Source of the DNA: an uncultured Gemmatimonadales bacterium
GTDB taxonomy: Bacteria > Gemmatimonadota > Gemmatimonadetes > Gemmatimonadales > GWC2-71-9
Direction: 5' to 3'
Assembly (NCBI GenBank): GCA_963779755.1
Contig: CAVZZO010000003.1
Span: forward strand, 1,024,001 to 1,088,000
DNA: 64,000 nt
The stretch's first letter is position 1. Each line of letters starts with the position of its first letter. The notes under the pieces were generated by a model, which saw only the letters and a list, made by a program, of their open reading frames with translations, did not search any database and was not told the DNA's origin. The position numbers were made by a program, and so were the translations under genes. Positions 46,185 to 55,470 of this stretch are shown piece after piece.

Positions 46185-48737
46185 ATGACGGCTGGAACAC
46201 TGACGGCGGCAGCTCGGGAGCAAGCGGGTACCAGAATCGCCCGCGCGGACGTCCAGCAGCTCGCCCTGGTGACGGTGCAGCTGGTGCTGGCGCTCCTGGT
46301 GGTTCGGACGTTCCAGCTGGAGAGCCGGACGTTCTACAATATCCTGCTGCTGGCCGCCGGCGGTTTCCTGGTGAGCGCGCTACTCCCATTGCGCTTCCGG
46401 CAAGCCTGGTTCGTGGCCGTGTCGTTCACCGGGATCGGGGTCGCCTTCGGGGTGGCCGGAGGCGTGTGGCTGGTCGGCGCCGGCCTGTGCCTGATCGCCA
46501 TCTGTCACCTTCCGATCGCGTTCCGCTGGCGCGTGGTGGGCCTGCTGGCGGCGGCGGGCGGCCTGGCGCTCATGCGGGCAGGCAAGATCACCTCACCGTG
46601 GCCCCTGTCGATCTGGCCCATCCTGGGCTCGATGTTCATGTTCCGCCTGATCATGTACATGTACTCCCTGCGGTTCGACAACACGCCGCCGAAGCTGTCG
46701 CGGACGCTGGCGTACTTCTTCATGTTGCCGAACGTTGCGTTTCCGCTGTTTCCGCTGGTGGACTACGGCGTGTTCGCCCGGACCTACTACGAGACGGGCG
46801 CGTTCCGCATCTACCAGCGCGGCGTCAAGTGGATCGCCCGCGGCATGCTGCATCTGCTTCTCTATCGCCTGGTGTACTACCACCTGGTGATGCAGCCGGC
46901 CGATATCACCAGTCTGGGCGGCCTCCTGCAGCACTTCGCTTCCACCTTCCTGCTCTATCTCCGGGTATCCGGCCAGTTCCACATCGCGGTGGGGATGCTG
47001 CACCTCTTCGGCTTCCACCTGCCGGAGACGCACCACCTGTACTACCTGTCGTCCAGTTTCACCGACCTCTGGCGCCGGACGAATATCTACTGGAAAGATT
47101 TCATCATGAAATACGTCTACTATCCGGCGTATTTCAGGACACGGAGGCTGGGGCCGACGACGGGGGTCGTGATTTCCATGGGCGTGGTGTTCGTGCTCAC
47201 CTGGCTGTTCCATTCCTACCAGTGGTTCTGGCTGCGGGGCAGTTTTCCGCTGACGGCAACCGACGGCCTGTTCTGGTTCGTGATGACCGCCTTCCTCCTG
47301 GTCGCCGTGCTGAAGGAAACGCGGCAGGGACGACGACGGACCCTGATCACGGAGAAGCGCTGGCGCGTCCGCCGCGGCCTGGCGGCGGTGGCGATGTTCG
47401 CCATCATCAGCATGCTGTGGACCCTGTGGGACAGCAGTTCCGTACGCGACTTCCTGAGCCTGTTCCAGGTCGCCACCCGCGTGAGCCTGAAACAACTCCT
47501 GGCCATCGGAGGCATCGTGGGGCTGTACCTGGGGATCGCCGGGTGGCCGTGGGGCGTACAGACGCTGGCGGAGCGACAGAACAAGGCACCGAAGCACTGG
47601 TGGAGGCAGTCGAGCCTGCAGACCATGGCGCTCCTGGCCGGCCTCCTGGCGCTGGGCAACGCATGGACCCGGGAACACCTGCTCAACCGGACGGCACGAC
47701 AGGTCATGGTCTCCCTGCAGGAGAGCCGGCTCAACGACCGGGACGCCGCCATGCTGCAGCGGGGCTACTACGAGCAACTCATGAACGTCGAGCGCTACAA
47801 CAACCAGCTGTGGGACATGTACCGGGACAAGCCGCCCGGCTGGGTGGGGGCGACCAAGACCGATGCGTACCACGCGCTGCCCACCCTGCTGGGCGGCGAG
47901 TTGAAGCCGTTGGCTCGGCTGGAACTCAAGGACGCGCTGTTCAGCACCAACCGGTGGGGCATGCGCGACCGCGACTACACGTTGGAGAAGCCTGTGGGTA
48001 CCGTGCGGCTCGCCCTGCTTGGACCCTCGGACGTCATGGGCTCGGGCGTGACGGATTCGCAGACATTCGAGAATGTGGTGGAGCGCCGGCTCAACCGGGA
48101 GGCGGCGGCCGATTCGCAGCACTACGAGATCCTGAATTTCTCGGTAGCGGCCTTCAGCCTGGTCCAGCAGGCGGTAATGCTGGAGGAACGGGTCTGGAAG
48201 TTCGATCCGGATGCGGTGGCGGCCACCTACCATCCGGGATCCGACGGGCGAGTCGCCTACCAGCACCTGGCCAAGTCGTTCCTGGACAACATCCCGATCC
48301 ACGACGCGACGCTGAACGACATCATCCGGCGATCCGGGGTTCACCGGGGGGACGTACAGCCGGTGGTCTTTCGCAAGCTGCGGCCCTACAGCCGTGAGAT
48401 CGAGCAATGGTGCTTCCACACCATCGCCTCCGCTGCCCGGGCCCACGGCGTCCCGGCGCTCCTGCTGGTGGTGGACCCGCCGGGCGAACCCTCCAGAGCG
48501 GAGGATCCGATGCTCCCCATCGCCCGCCGGGAAGGCCTCGTCATCGCAGACATCCGCGACGCCTACGGCTCCCACGACCTGGATTCCCTGATGCTGGCCG
48601 AGTGGGATGAGCATCCCTCCGCGGAGGCACACCACCTGATGGCGCAGCGGATGTACCAGGAGCTCAAGGCCCACCCCGAATTTCTGCGACCTCACCGGCC
48701 CGAAGAGGCCGGAACCGCCACCCCGGAGGGGCAATGA
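46185..48737 (+). CDS. MBOAT membrane O-acyltransferase fused to an extracytoplasmic SGNH-like domain
   Basis: Multi-TM; SSFTDLWRRTNIYWKDFIMKYVYYP and TWLFHSY (catalytic His); C-terminal LLGPSDVMGSGV, NFSVAAFS, DEHPSAEAH. Confidence 0.82.
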   Translation: MTAGTLTAAAREQAGTRIARADVQQLALVTVQLVLALLVVRTFQLESRTFYNILLLAAGGFLVSALLPLRFRQAWFVAVSFTGIGVAFGVAGGVWLVGAGLCLIAICHLPIAFRWRVVGLLAAAGGLALMRAGKITSPWPLSIWPILGSMFMFRLIMYMYSLRFDNTPPKLSRTLAYFFMLPNVAFPLFPLVDYGVFARTYYETGAFRIYQRGVKWIARGMLHLLLYRLVYYHLVMQPADITSLGGLLQHFASTFLLYLRVSGQFHIAVGMLHLFGFHLPETHHLYYLSSSFTDLWRRTNIYWKDFIMKYVYYPAYFRTRRLGPTTGVVISMGVVFVLTWLFHSYQWFWLRGSFPLTATDGLFWFVMTAFLLVAVLKETRQGRRRTLITEKRWRVRRGLAAVAMFAIISMLWTLWDSSSVRDFLSLFQVATRVSLKQLLAIGGIVGLYLGIAGWPWGVQTLAERQNKAPKHWWRQSSLQTMALLAGLLALGNAWTREHLLNRTARQVMVSLQESRLNDRDAAMLQRGYYEQLMNVERYNNQLWDMYRDKPPGWVGATKTDAYHALPTLLGGELKPLARLELKDALFSTNRWGMRDRDYTLEKPVGTVRLALLGPSDVMGSGVTDSQTFENVVERRLNREAAADSQHYEILNFSVAAFSLVQQAVMLEERVWKFDPDAVAATYHPGSDGRVAYQHLAKSFLDNIPIHDATLNDIIRRSGVHRGDVQPVVFRKLRPYSREIEQWCFHTIASAARAHGVPALLLVVDPPGEPSRAEDPMLPIARREGLVIADIRDAYGSHDLDSLMLAEWDEHPSAEAHHLMAQRMYQELKAHPEFLRPHRPEEAGTATPEGQ

Positions 48738-48997
48738 CACGCGAGGAGATCACCCGGACCGTCAAGGAGTTCATTCTCTCTCACTTTCTTCCGGGAGAGG
48801 ACCCCGCGGCGCTGACCCCCACGACGGCTCTGATCACCGATGGAGTGCTGGATTCCCTGGCCACCCTGGAACTGGTCTCGTTCCTGGAAGAGCGCTACGG
48901 CATCGAGCTGGAGGCCCATGAAGTTGACGCTTCCCGGATCGGCACCCTGGAGGGCATCGCCACTCTGGTGCTCGGCAAGACGGGCAGCAAGGTCTAG
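48734..48997 (+). CDS. Stand-alone acyl/peptidyl carrier protein (PltL/DltC-like)
   Basis: 87 aa, GVLDSL phosphopantetheine site, FLEERYGIEL; ATGA overlap with the MBOAT gene. Confidence 0.9.
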   Translation: MTREEITRTVKEFILSHFLPGEDPAALTPTTALITDGVLDSLATLELVSFLEERYGIELEAHEVDASRIGTLEGIATLVLGKTGSKV

Positions 48998-49002
48998 CCC
49001 CG

Positions 49003-50547
49003 GTGCTGTTGCAGCAGTACCTGGACCGGTCAGCCGCCCGGTCGCCCGAGGCGATCGCGGTGGTGGATCCCGAACGGGGGGGCTGCATCTCCTACCGGGA
49101 CCTGGCGGTGCTGTCCGATCGGGTCCGTGACCGGTTGCGCTGTCAGGGGGTCGTTTCCGGCGATCGGGTCGGGATCTACCTGCCCAAGTCCATCGATGCG
49201 GTTGCGGCCCTCTTCGGCGTGCTCAAGACCGGTGCGGCCTACGTCCCCATCGATCCCGGCTCCCCGGCCTGGCGGGCCGCATACATCCTGGGCAATTGTG
49301 CGGTCCGGACCGCCATCGTGGAGGAGGGCTTCCTGGCGTCCCTCCGCGCCGATCCCGATGTACCCGCCATCCAGCCGCTGGTCGTCCCTCAGGCCGGAAA
49401 CGGGGGACTCCGCGCCGCGCTGGACGCCGCCGACGCTCTGGCACCCGCGCCCCCCAGCGAGACGGCCCGGCCCGGCCCCGAGGCGCTGGCCTACATCCTC
49501 TACACCTCCGGCAGCACGGGGAAGCCCAAGGGCGTGATGCTCTCGCAGCAGGCGGCCACCAGTTACGTAGACTGGTGCTCCGAAGTCTTCCGCCCGACCG
49601 CAGACGACCGCTTCTCGTCACACGCCCCGTTCCACTTCGACCTGTCCATCCTGGACATCTTCGTGCCGCTGAAACACGGTGCCCGGCTGGTCCTGGTCGG
49701 GGAGGAACTGGGAAAAGAGCCGCTGCGGCTGGCCCCGGTGATCGCCGGCCAGGGCATCAGTGTCTGGTATTCGACGCCCTCGATCCTCAACCTTCTGGCC
49801 CGCTACGGCAAGCTGGACCGCTACAGCTGGGGTGCGCTGCGGCTGGTCCTCTTTGCCGGAGAGGTATTCCCCGTGCCACAGCTTCGAGAGCTGAAGGCGC
49901 TCTGGCCCCGCCCGCGCTACTTCAACCTGTACGGACCGACGGAAACCAACGTCTGCACCTACTACGAAATACCCGCCGTGGTGCCGCCCGGGCGGAAGGA
50001 TCCCTACCCCATCGGGCGATCCTGCGAGCACCTGCGGTGCCGGGTGGTGGATCAGGACGGCCGGGAGGTCCGGCGGGGCGAGGAGGGCGAGCTGGTGGTG
50101 CACGGTCCCGGCGTGATGTCGGGCTACTGGAATCTGCCGGAGCAGAATGCCAGCGCGTTTCTGGTGGACCAGGGCGGAATGCGCTGGTACCACACCGGCG
50201 ACCTGGTGGTTGAGGAGCCGGAGGCGGGATACGTCTTTCACGGCCGTCGGGACCGGATGGTCAAGCGCCGCGGCTACCGGGTGGAGCTGGGTGAGATCGA
50301 AGCCGGGCTGGCGGCGCACCCCGGGCTGCGCGAAGTGGCCGTGACCGCGGCGGCAGACAACGCGTCCGGCGTGCGCATCAAGGCGTTCCTGGTCCATCAG
50401 GGAGAGCGGCCCTCGCTCATCGCGCTGAAGCAGTTCTGCGTGGAGCGGCTGCCGCGCTACATGGTCCCCGACCAGTTCGCTTTTCTCGACGCTCTGCCGC
50501 GTACCTCCACTGACAAGATCGACTATCAGGCCCTGAAAACGCTCTGA
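49003..50547 (+). CDS. Stand-alone amino-acid adenylation enzyme, proline-type (PltF/RedM/CloN4/AnaC-like)
   Basis: AYILYTSGSTGKPKG, SHAPFHFDLS, VWYSTPS, LFAGEVFP, NLYGPTETNVC, TSTDKID; hand-read specificity code DLLYLALVCK. Confidence 0.82.
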   Translation: MLLQQYLDRSAARSPEAIAVVDPERGGCISYRDLAVLSDRVRDRLRCQGVVSGDRVGIYLPKSIDAVAALFGVLKTGAAYVPIDPGSPAWRAAYILGNCAVRTAIVEEGFLASLRADPDVPAIQPLVVPQAGNGGLRAALDAADALAPAPPSETARPGPEALAYILYTSGSTGKPKGVMLSQQAATSYVDWCSEVFRPTADDRFSSHAPFHFDLSILDIFVPLKHGARLVLVGEELGKEPLRLAPVIAGQGISVWYSTPSILNLLARYGKLDRYSWGALRLVLFAGEVFPVPQLRELKALWPRPRYFNLYGPTETNVCTYYEIPAVVPPGRKDPYPIGRSCEHLRCRVVDQDGREVRRGEEGELVVHGPGVMSGYWNLPEQNASAFLVDQGGMRWYHTGDLVVEEPEAGYVFHGRRDRMVKRRGYRVELGEIEAGLAAHPGLREVAVTAAADNASGVRIKAFLVHQGERPSLIALKQFCVERLPRYMVPDQFAFLDALPRTSTDKIDYQALKTL

Positions 50548-50599
50548 CCCGCGCCGTTCCCATGGACGGAGCGGCACACGCTGTGGCGGAGCGGCCGGC

Positions 50600-51529
50600 T
50601 CATGCCCTTCCCGTCAGGTACCCCATCAGCTCGCCCGCACTCCAGGCGGTCAGCAGCAGGAAGACCACCGCACCGGCCCGCAGATAGCGGCCGGTATCCC
50701 TGCCCCGGCTTGTCCGGCCCCGAAGGTGCCGGAGCCAGAGCAGCGGTGGCAGCGCCGGCGACAGCGCGGCCAGCAGGAGCCGCCGGTGCGGCGGGATCTC
50801 CCGGGCCCGGGTGTAGGCGAACAGGCGTCCCCAGCCGAAGCGCTCGGCCAGCAGCGCGCCCAGCCGCAATCCATCCCGCATCTGGTCCACCGCTATCTCG
50901 GGACTGAGGTAGAGCGTCTCCCCCCGCCGCCGCAGGGCCCAGTGAACCGTGGTCTCATGATACCGGTCGGCCCAGAGATCGCGGGTTGCCTCCAGGGCGC
51001 CGCGTTTGTAGCAGATGTTGACGTCCGAGACATACTCCCGCGGCCCCCCCTCGAAGGGCAGTTGATAGCGGCCGAAATCGCAGAAGTACACCGCCCAGTT
51101 GAGCACGCTATCGCGGGCGTTTTCGATCGCACCGCCGATCACTGCGTGGGGCAGGCGCGCATGCAGCGCCGCCATGCCGCGGGCCCAGTCGCTCCGGGGG
51201 ACGCCCCGGTCCTCGAGTATGGCGACGAGGTCGCCCCGCGCCCGGGCCAGGCCGGCGGCGCGGCGCCGGTCATACAGCTCGTGCTGGCCGGCCGGGCTCC
51301 CCGCCGGACGCCGGGTCTCCAGCCGGCCCAGCGGGAGAAAGATCAGGCCGGGATAGCGGCGCTCCAGGGCCTCGATGCCCGCCACGCTCTCGTCCCACGG
51401 CACGATCACCTCGAGCGCCGGCCCCTCCTGCTGCCGGCCCAGCGCATCGAGGCACCGCGCCAGGGTCTCGCCGCCGTCCACGATGGTGACCACGACCGAC
51501 AGCAGGGGCGCCGGAGAGGAAGCGTTCAC
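50600..51529 (-). CDS. GT2-like glycosyltransferase
   Basis: LSVVV..LARCLDAL, ARGDLVAILED, VIGGAI, NICYKR; C-terminal TM. Confidence 0.72.
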   Translation of the reverse strand: MNASSPAPLLSVVVTIVDGGETLARCLDALGRQQEGPALEVIVPWDESVAGIEALERRYPGLIFLPLGRLETRRPAGSPAGQHELYDRRRAAGLARARGDLVAILEDRGVPRSDWARGMAALHARLPHAVIGGAIENARDSVLNWAVYFCDFGRYQLPFEGGPREYVSDVNICYKRGALEATRDLWADRYHETTVHWALRRRGETLYLSPEIAVDQMRDGLRLGALLAERFGWGRLFAYTRAREIPPHRRLLLAALSPALPPLLWLRHLRGRTSRGRDTGRYLRAGAVVFLLLTAWSAGELMGYLTGRA

Positions 51530-53130
51530 AGCAGGGCCTCCGCCATGCGGACCGCGTTGGCCATCAGGGTGAAGGTCAGGTTCTTCGCCGGCAGGAAGGG
51601 AAAGGTCGCTCCGTCGGCCAGACAGAGGTTGGGGAAATCGCGGCTCCGCCCCAGCTGGTCGGCGGTAAGCTCTCCTCCGGCCGCCATGGGGATGGTCCCG
51701 GCGTAGTGGATGCTCGATCCCCGGGGAAGAATCCGGGTCATCCCCGGCGGAACGATGCAGCCCAGCGCCCGGAGCGCCCGGCGCACGGTGACCAGCGCCC
51801 GGCCGACCCGTGCCGATTCGCCCGCCGGCGCCTCGCTGTTGATGACCAGATCGGTTCCCGCGGCGTCCGGCCGCGGACGTACCGAGAGCCAGTTTTCCGG
51901 CCGGCGCTCGTCGTGCAGCCAGATATTCGCCACCCCCAGGGCGGCATGACTTCCTCGGAACAGGGTCAGCGCGGAGCGCAGGTCGACCGGGAGGCTCTGC
52001 GCGATGGGGTGGACCGACGCGGCCTTCAGGGTCGTGATCTGGCCATGGACGTAACCGGCGGGCTCCTCCCCCGCGATCCCCAGCGCCAGTTGATGGAACT
52101 GATAGGCGCGCGTGTCCGCCGGCTCGCCCAGGCGGGCTGTGGTGAGAAAGGGCATCATGATCTGGCGGTTGTCCATCAGGCCGGACAGCCGGACCGTTTC
52201 TCCCGTGGCATGCCGGATGGAATCCAGAACGATCTTGGAGGAACCCAGCGTGCCGGCGGCCAGGACGAAGAGGTCGGCGCTGAAGCCGCGCACCGTGCCC
52301 GCGGTGGCGCTCCGGGCGATCATGCGGCCCACTTCGCCCGAGGTGTCGTAGTCGAACCGCTCCACCAGCACGCCCGGCACATATTCGAACGCCGCATGTT
52401 CCAGCAGCTGCCGCAGCGTGAACGAGGGCGTGTAGAGGGACTCTCTCGGGCAGCCCCAGAGACAGCGTCCCAGGCGGTCGCAGGCGCGGCGGCCGGCGTG
52501 GTCGCGGCTCAGTGCCGCCACCCGGCTCCGGCCCAGATAGAACCCCCTGCTCTGCAGGGAGGCCCGGGCCCGGCTGTACCGGCGCAGCAGGTGAGCCGTA
52601 TGGGGATCGGCCTCGATGGACGGCTGGTAGCGTTCCGACCAGGCGGAGAATCGCTCCAGGTCGTCCCGCTCGGCGCTGATGCCGATGCGCTCGGCCACGG
52701 TGTCGTAGTGCGGCGCCAGCGCCGCCGCATCGAACGGAAACGCGGCCAGCTCCGCGTCGTTCAGGGGGTAGACGCCGCCGGTCCAGGCCTCGGCCAGGCC
52801 GCCCCGGGCAAAGGAGCTCACCGGATCGAACCCGCGCGGCACCGACCGGAATCCGGGTGTGCCGGCGAACACATAGGATTTGCTGGGAGGAAACCCGTAA
52901 TACTTCGCGGCCCGGCTGGGATACACGACCGAATCCGCCTGGGGGCCAAGGAAATATCCGACCGGATCGGACAGCGCGGTACGCAGGGCCTCGAATGGCG
53001 CATCGGGCGCGACCGGCTCGGGACGTTCGTGCCCGACGTCGAGCATGGTGACCCGGTGCCCCCGTTCCAGCGCCGTCTGCGCAAAGTGCACCCCGCTCGC
53101 CCCGGAGCCGACCACCAGCACCCGGCTCAT
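51526..53130 (-). CDS. GMC-family FAD oxidoreductase
   Basis: VVGSGASG, GGLAEAW, C..LG.C..GC, LAAGTLGS, IHYAGTIPM, DGATFP..PAKNLTFTLMANA. Confidence 0.82.
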   Translation of the reverse strand: MSRVLVVGSGASGVHFAQTALERGHRVTMLDVGHERPEPVAPDAPFEALRTALSDPVGYFLGPQADSVVYPSRAAKYYGFPPSKSYVFAGTPGFRSVPRGFDPVSSFARGGLAEAWTGGVYPLNDAELAAFPFDAAALAPHYDTVAERIGISAERDDLERFSAWSERYQPSIEADPHTAHLLRRYSRARASLQSRGFYLGRSRVAALSRDHAGRRACDRLGRCLWGCPRESLYTPSFTLRQLLEHAAFEYVPGVLVERFDYDTSGEVGRMIARSATAGTVRGFSADLFVLAAGTLGSSKIVLDSIRHATGETVRLSGLMDNRQIMMPFLTTARLGEPADTRAYQFHQLALGIAGEEPAGYVHGQITTLKAASVHPIAQSLPVDLRSALTLFRGSHAALGVANIWLHDERRPENWLSVRPRPDAAGTDLVINSEAPAGESARVGRALVTVRRALRALGCIVPPGMTRILPRGSSIHYAGTIPMAAGGELTADQLGRSRDFPNLCLADGATFPFLPAKNLTFTLMANAVRMAEALL

Positions 53131-53620
53131 TCCGTCTCCGCCGCGGCGGCGCGGCCCGCCAGCACCAGGTGAGCCGGACCCAGCAGGAGGATGCCAGCCA
53201 GGAGCGCCGCCACGCTCACCAGCCCGGTGCGGGCGAGCGCCAGCCAGAAGGACACCCGGCCGCCGGACCAGCCGCGGGTGAACCGGCCGCCCGTGGCAGG
53301 GGCGTGTTCCAGAATGGCCAGGAGGAGCACCAGCTTCTGCCGCAGCGGGCCATAGGGCCGGAACCGGCGGGCATAGGCATCGGCAATCCGCGCCGCTGCG
53401 GGGCCCCGTCGGGCAAACCGGACCAGCGTCCCGTCAAACCGGTCCGCTCGCCGCTCCGGCGGTAGGGAATGGCGGCGTGGCCCCGCCGGTACCAGTCCTG
53501 GATGTAGCCGTCAGGCGCGGTATCGGCGAGATAGCGGCAGAAGACCCGGCATTCCATCTCGAGGACGGAGCCCGCCTCCCCCGCCTCAGGAATCCCGGGC
53601 GAGACGGCCGAGGAGGTCAT
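53127..53620 (-). CDS. Hypothetical membrane protein with a frameshift near 53445
   Basis: The frame reading LEMECRVFCRYL...IPYRRSGE shifts into DRFDGTLVRFARRG...LRQKLVLLLAILE, ending at the stop overlapping the GMC start. Confidence 0.6.
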
Positions 53621-54524
53621 CGAGTCGCGTGAAGCCGGGCATCAGCTCGGAGAGGAGGCGGCTGGGAAGCGCGGTACCGTTTTCGGTGAACGGCACCAGT
53701 TGCCCCGGCCCGACGGGAGCATGCGATCCGGCCAGCCGGCTGGCGAGCCGCAGGACGGCACGCAGGGGCGGCAGGGGGATATGCAGGAGCGGGCCGCTGC
53801 GGCCGCGCACCGCGCGCCGGATGGCGCGCAGCAGCCCTTCGAAGGTGATCACCTCCGGGCCGCCCAGCTCGACCAGGGCCTCTCCCGCCCCGGAATCAAT
53901 GAGAGTGGTCAGGGCGAGCGCCACATCTTCGACATCCACCGGCTGCACTCTCGCCGTGCCGCTGCCGGGCAGCAGCGCCACCGGCCCCGAGGCGAGCTGG
54001 CGCAAGCGCCGCCAGAGGGAACCGCCCGGCCCGAGGACGATGGTGGGGCGAACAATGATCCCGGGGATCGCAGCCGACCGTACCGCTTCCTCGGCCAGGA
54101 CTTTCGACCGGCCATAGGGGTAATCGCCAAGGTTGGAATAGCGAGCCGCAATGGAGCTGACCAGGATGAAGCGGCGCACGCCGGCGCGTTCGGCCAGCCG
54201 CACCAGAGCGCGGGTGGCGTTGGCGTTGACCCGCAGCATCTCGTCGGCGGACGCCGCCCCCGTGGCGGCACCCGCATGCAGCACCACCTCGATGCCGTCC
54301 AGGGCGTCGCTCCAGGATTCGGGCGCGCGCAGGTCCCCGGCGACCGCCTCCCAGCCCTCCGGCAACGCGGTGGCGGCGTTCCGGGTGAGACAGCGGACCG
54401 GTCCTCCGGCCAGCGACGCCAGCCGGCGCACCAGCGCCCGGCCGATGAAGCCGGTTCCGCCGGTGATGAAAAGCGAAGGTCTGGGAGAAGCGGCCGGCAG
54501 GCCGGCGCCGGCGGCGGGGGACAC
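53586..54524 (-). CDS. NAD-dependent epimerase/dehydratase (extended SDR)
   Basis: ITGGTGFIG, ILVSS, YGRSK, VRPTIVLG, QPVDVEDVA; start uncertain. Confidence 0.82.
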   Translation of the reverse strand: MSPAAGAGLPAASPRPSLFITGGTGFIGRALVRRLASLAGGPVRCLTRNAATALPEGWEAVAGDLRAPESWSDALDGIEVVLHAGAATGAASADEMLRVNANATRALVRLAERAGVRRFILVSSIAARYSNLGDYPYGRSKVLAEEAVRSAAIPGIIVRPTIVLGPGGSLWRRLRQLASGPVALLPGSGTARVQPVDVEDVALALTTLIDSGAGEALVELGGPEVITFEGLLRAIRRAVRGRSGPLLHIPLPPLRAVLRLASRLAGSHAPVGPGQLVPFTENGTALPSRLLSELMPGFTRLDDLLGRLARDS

Positions 54525-54529
54525 GCGGT

Positions 54530-55327
54530 CTACGGCGAAACCCGGCGGACGGCCGTCCCCCGGCCCTGGGGCAGCAGCATTTCGCGCCAGAACTTCCAGC
54601 GCAGCCGGAGTACGCCCTTGATGTCCTCCCAGGCGGTACGGATGATCTTGACCCGGCTGTCGTCGTCTTCGACCCAGGTCACCGGGACATCCTTGATACC
54701 GTAGCCGTATTTCTCGGCCAGGACCAGCAGCTCGGTATCGAAGAACCATGACTGGTCGCGGACCTGGGGCACCAGCTCCGCCACGGCGTGATGGCTCACC
54801 GCCTTGAATCCGCACTGGGCATCGCTGAACGAAGTAAACAGGACGGCCTTGACGAAGAGATTATAACAGCGGGAGATGAATTCGCGCTTGATGCTGCGGA
54901 CGGTCCGGCTGGCGCGCATCAGCCGGGAACCGGTGGCCACATGGTACCCCTCCTCCAGGATGGCCGAGATCAGGCGGGGCAGCGCCGGGAGCTCGGTGGA
55001 GAGATCCACGTCGGTGTAGCACATGACATCCGCATCGCTCTGGGTCCACGCCTGCCGCAGCGCGCGCCCGCGCCCCCGCAGGGGTAACTGAACAAAGCGG
55101 ACATCGGGGTACTCCACGGCCAGGCGGCGCGCGACCACGTCGGTCCCGTCGGTGGAGCCGTTATCCACCACGACCACACGCCAGGTCCACTGCGGGTGCT
55201 CGGCCACAAACGCCCGGACCTCGCCCACGCTGCCGGCCAGGACATGGGCCTCGTTCAGCACCGGGATGACGAGATCCACGACCGGCTGCGACCGTCTGAT
55301 GGACTCCGGTCCGCGGGAATGCCCCAT
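54530..55327 (-). CDS. Polyprenol-phosphate glycosyltransferase (Dol-P-Glc synthase-like GT2)
   Basis: IPVLNE, VDNGSTDGT, GRGRAL, YTDVDLST, SDAQCGFKA, WFFDTELL. Confidence 0.87.
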   Translation of the reverse strand: MGHSRGPESIRRSQPVVDLVIPVLNEAHVLAGSVGEVRAFVAEHPQWTWRVVVVDNGSTDGTDVVARRLAVEYPDVRFVQLPLRGRGRALRQAWTQSDADVMCYTDVDLSTELPALPRLISAILEEGYHVATGSRLMRASRTVRSIKREFISRCYNLFVKAVLFTSFSDAQCGFKAVSHHAVAELVPQVRDQSWFFDTELLVLAEKYGYGIKDVPVTWVEDDDSRVKIIRTAWEDIKGVLRLRWKFWREMLLPQGRGTAVRRVSP

Positions 55328-55373
55328 AGGGGTGCGCCTCTTGATCCAGGCAGTGAGACAGTCCAACGCTCTC

Positions 55374-55391
55374 TGTGGCTCGGGAGCCACA
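55374..55391. promoter_or_regulatory. Palindromic enhancer-like site, with an IHF-like site at 55446-55458
   Basis: TGTGGCTCGGGAGCCACA; reverse-strand AATCAATAACTTG nearby. The palindrome could alternatively be an RNA hairpin. Confidence 0.5.
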
Positions 55392-55470
55392 GTTGGGCGC
55401 TCTGCGCCCCGCCCCGAGGCGGGCGGAGGGCGGATGGTTTCTTCCCAAGTTATTGATTTGCCGTACGATA

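Noticed and set aside
46185..50547. Ordinary dlt D-alanylation operon
   Set aside because: The adenylation motifs (HAPFHFDLS, GPTETNVC) are proline/pyrrole-type, and the adjacent prolyl dehydrogenase and halogenase have no role in D-alanylation.
42974..50547. Pyoluteorin/pyrrolomycin-type antibiotic cluster
   Set aside because: No PKS, condensation or thioesterase gene in the window; a trans-acting one elsewhere cannot be excluded.
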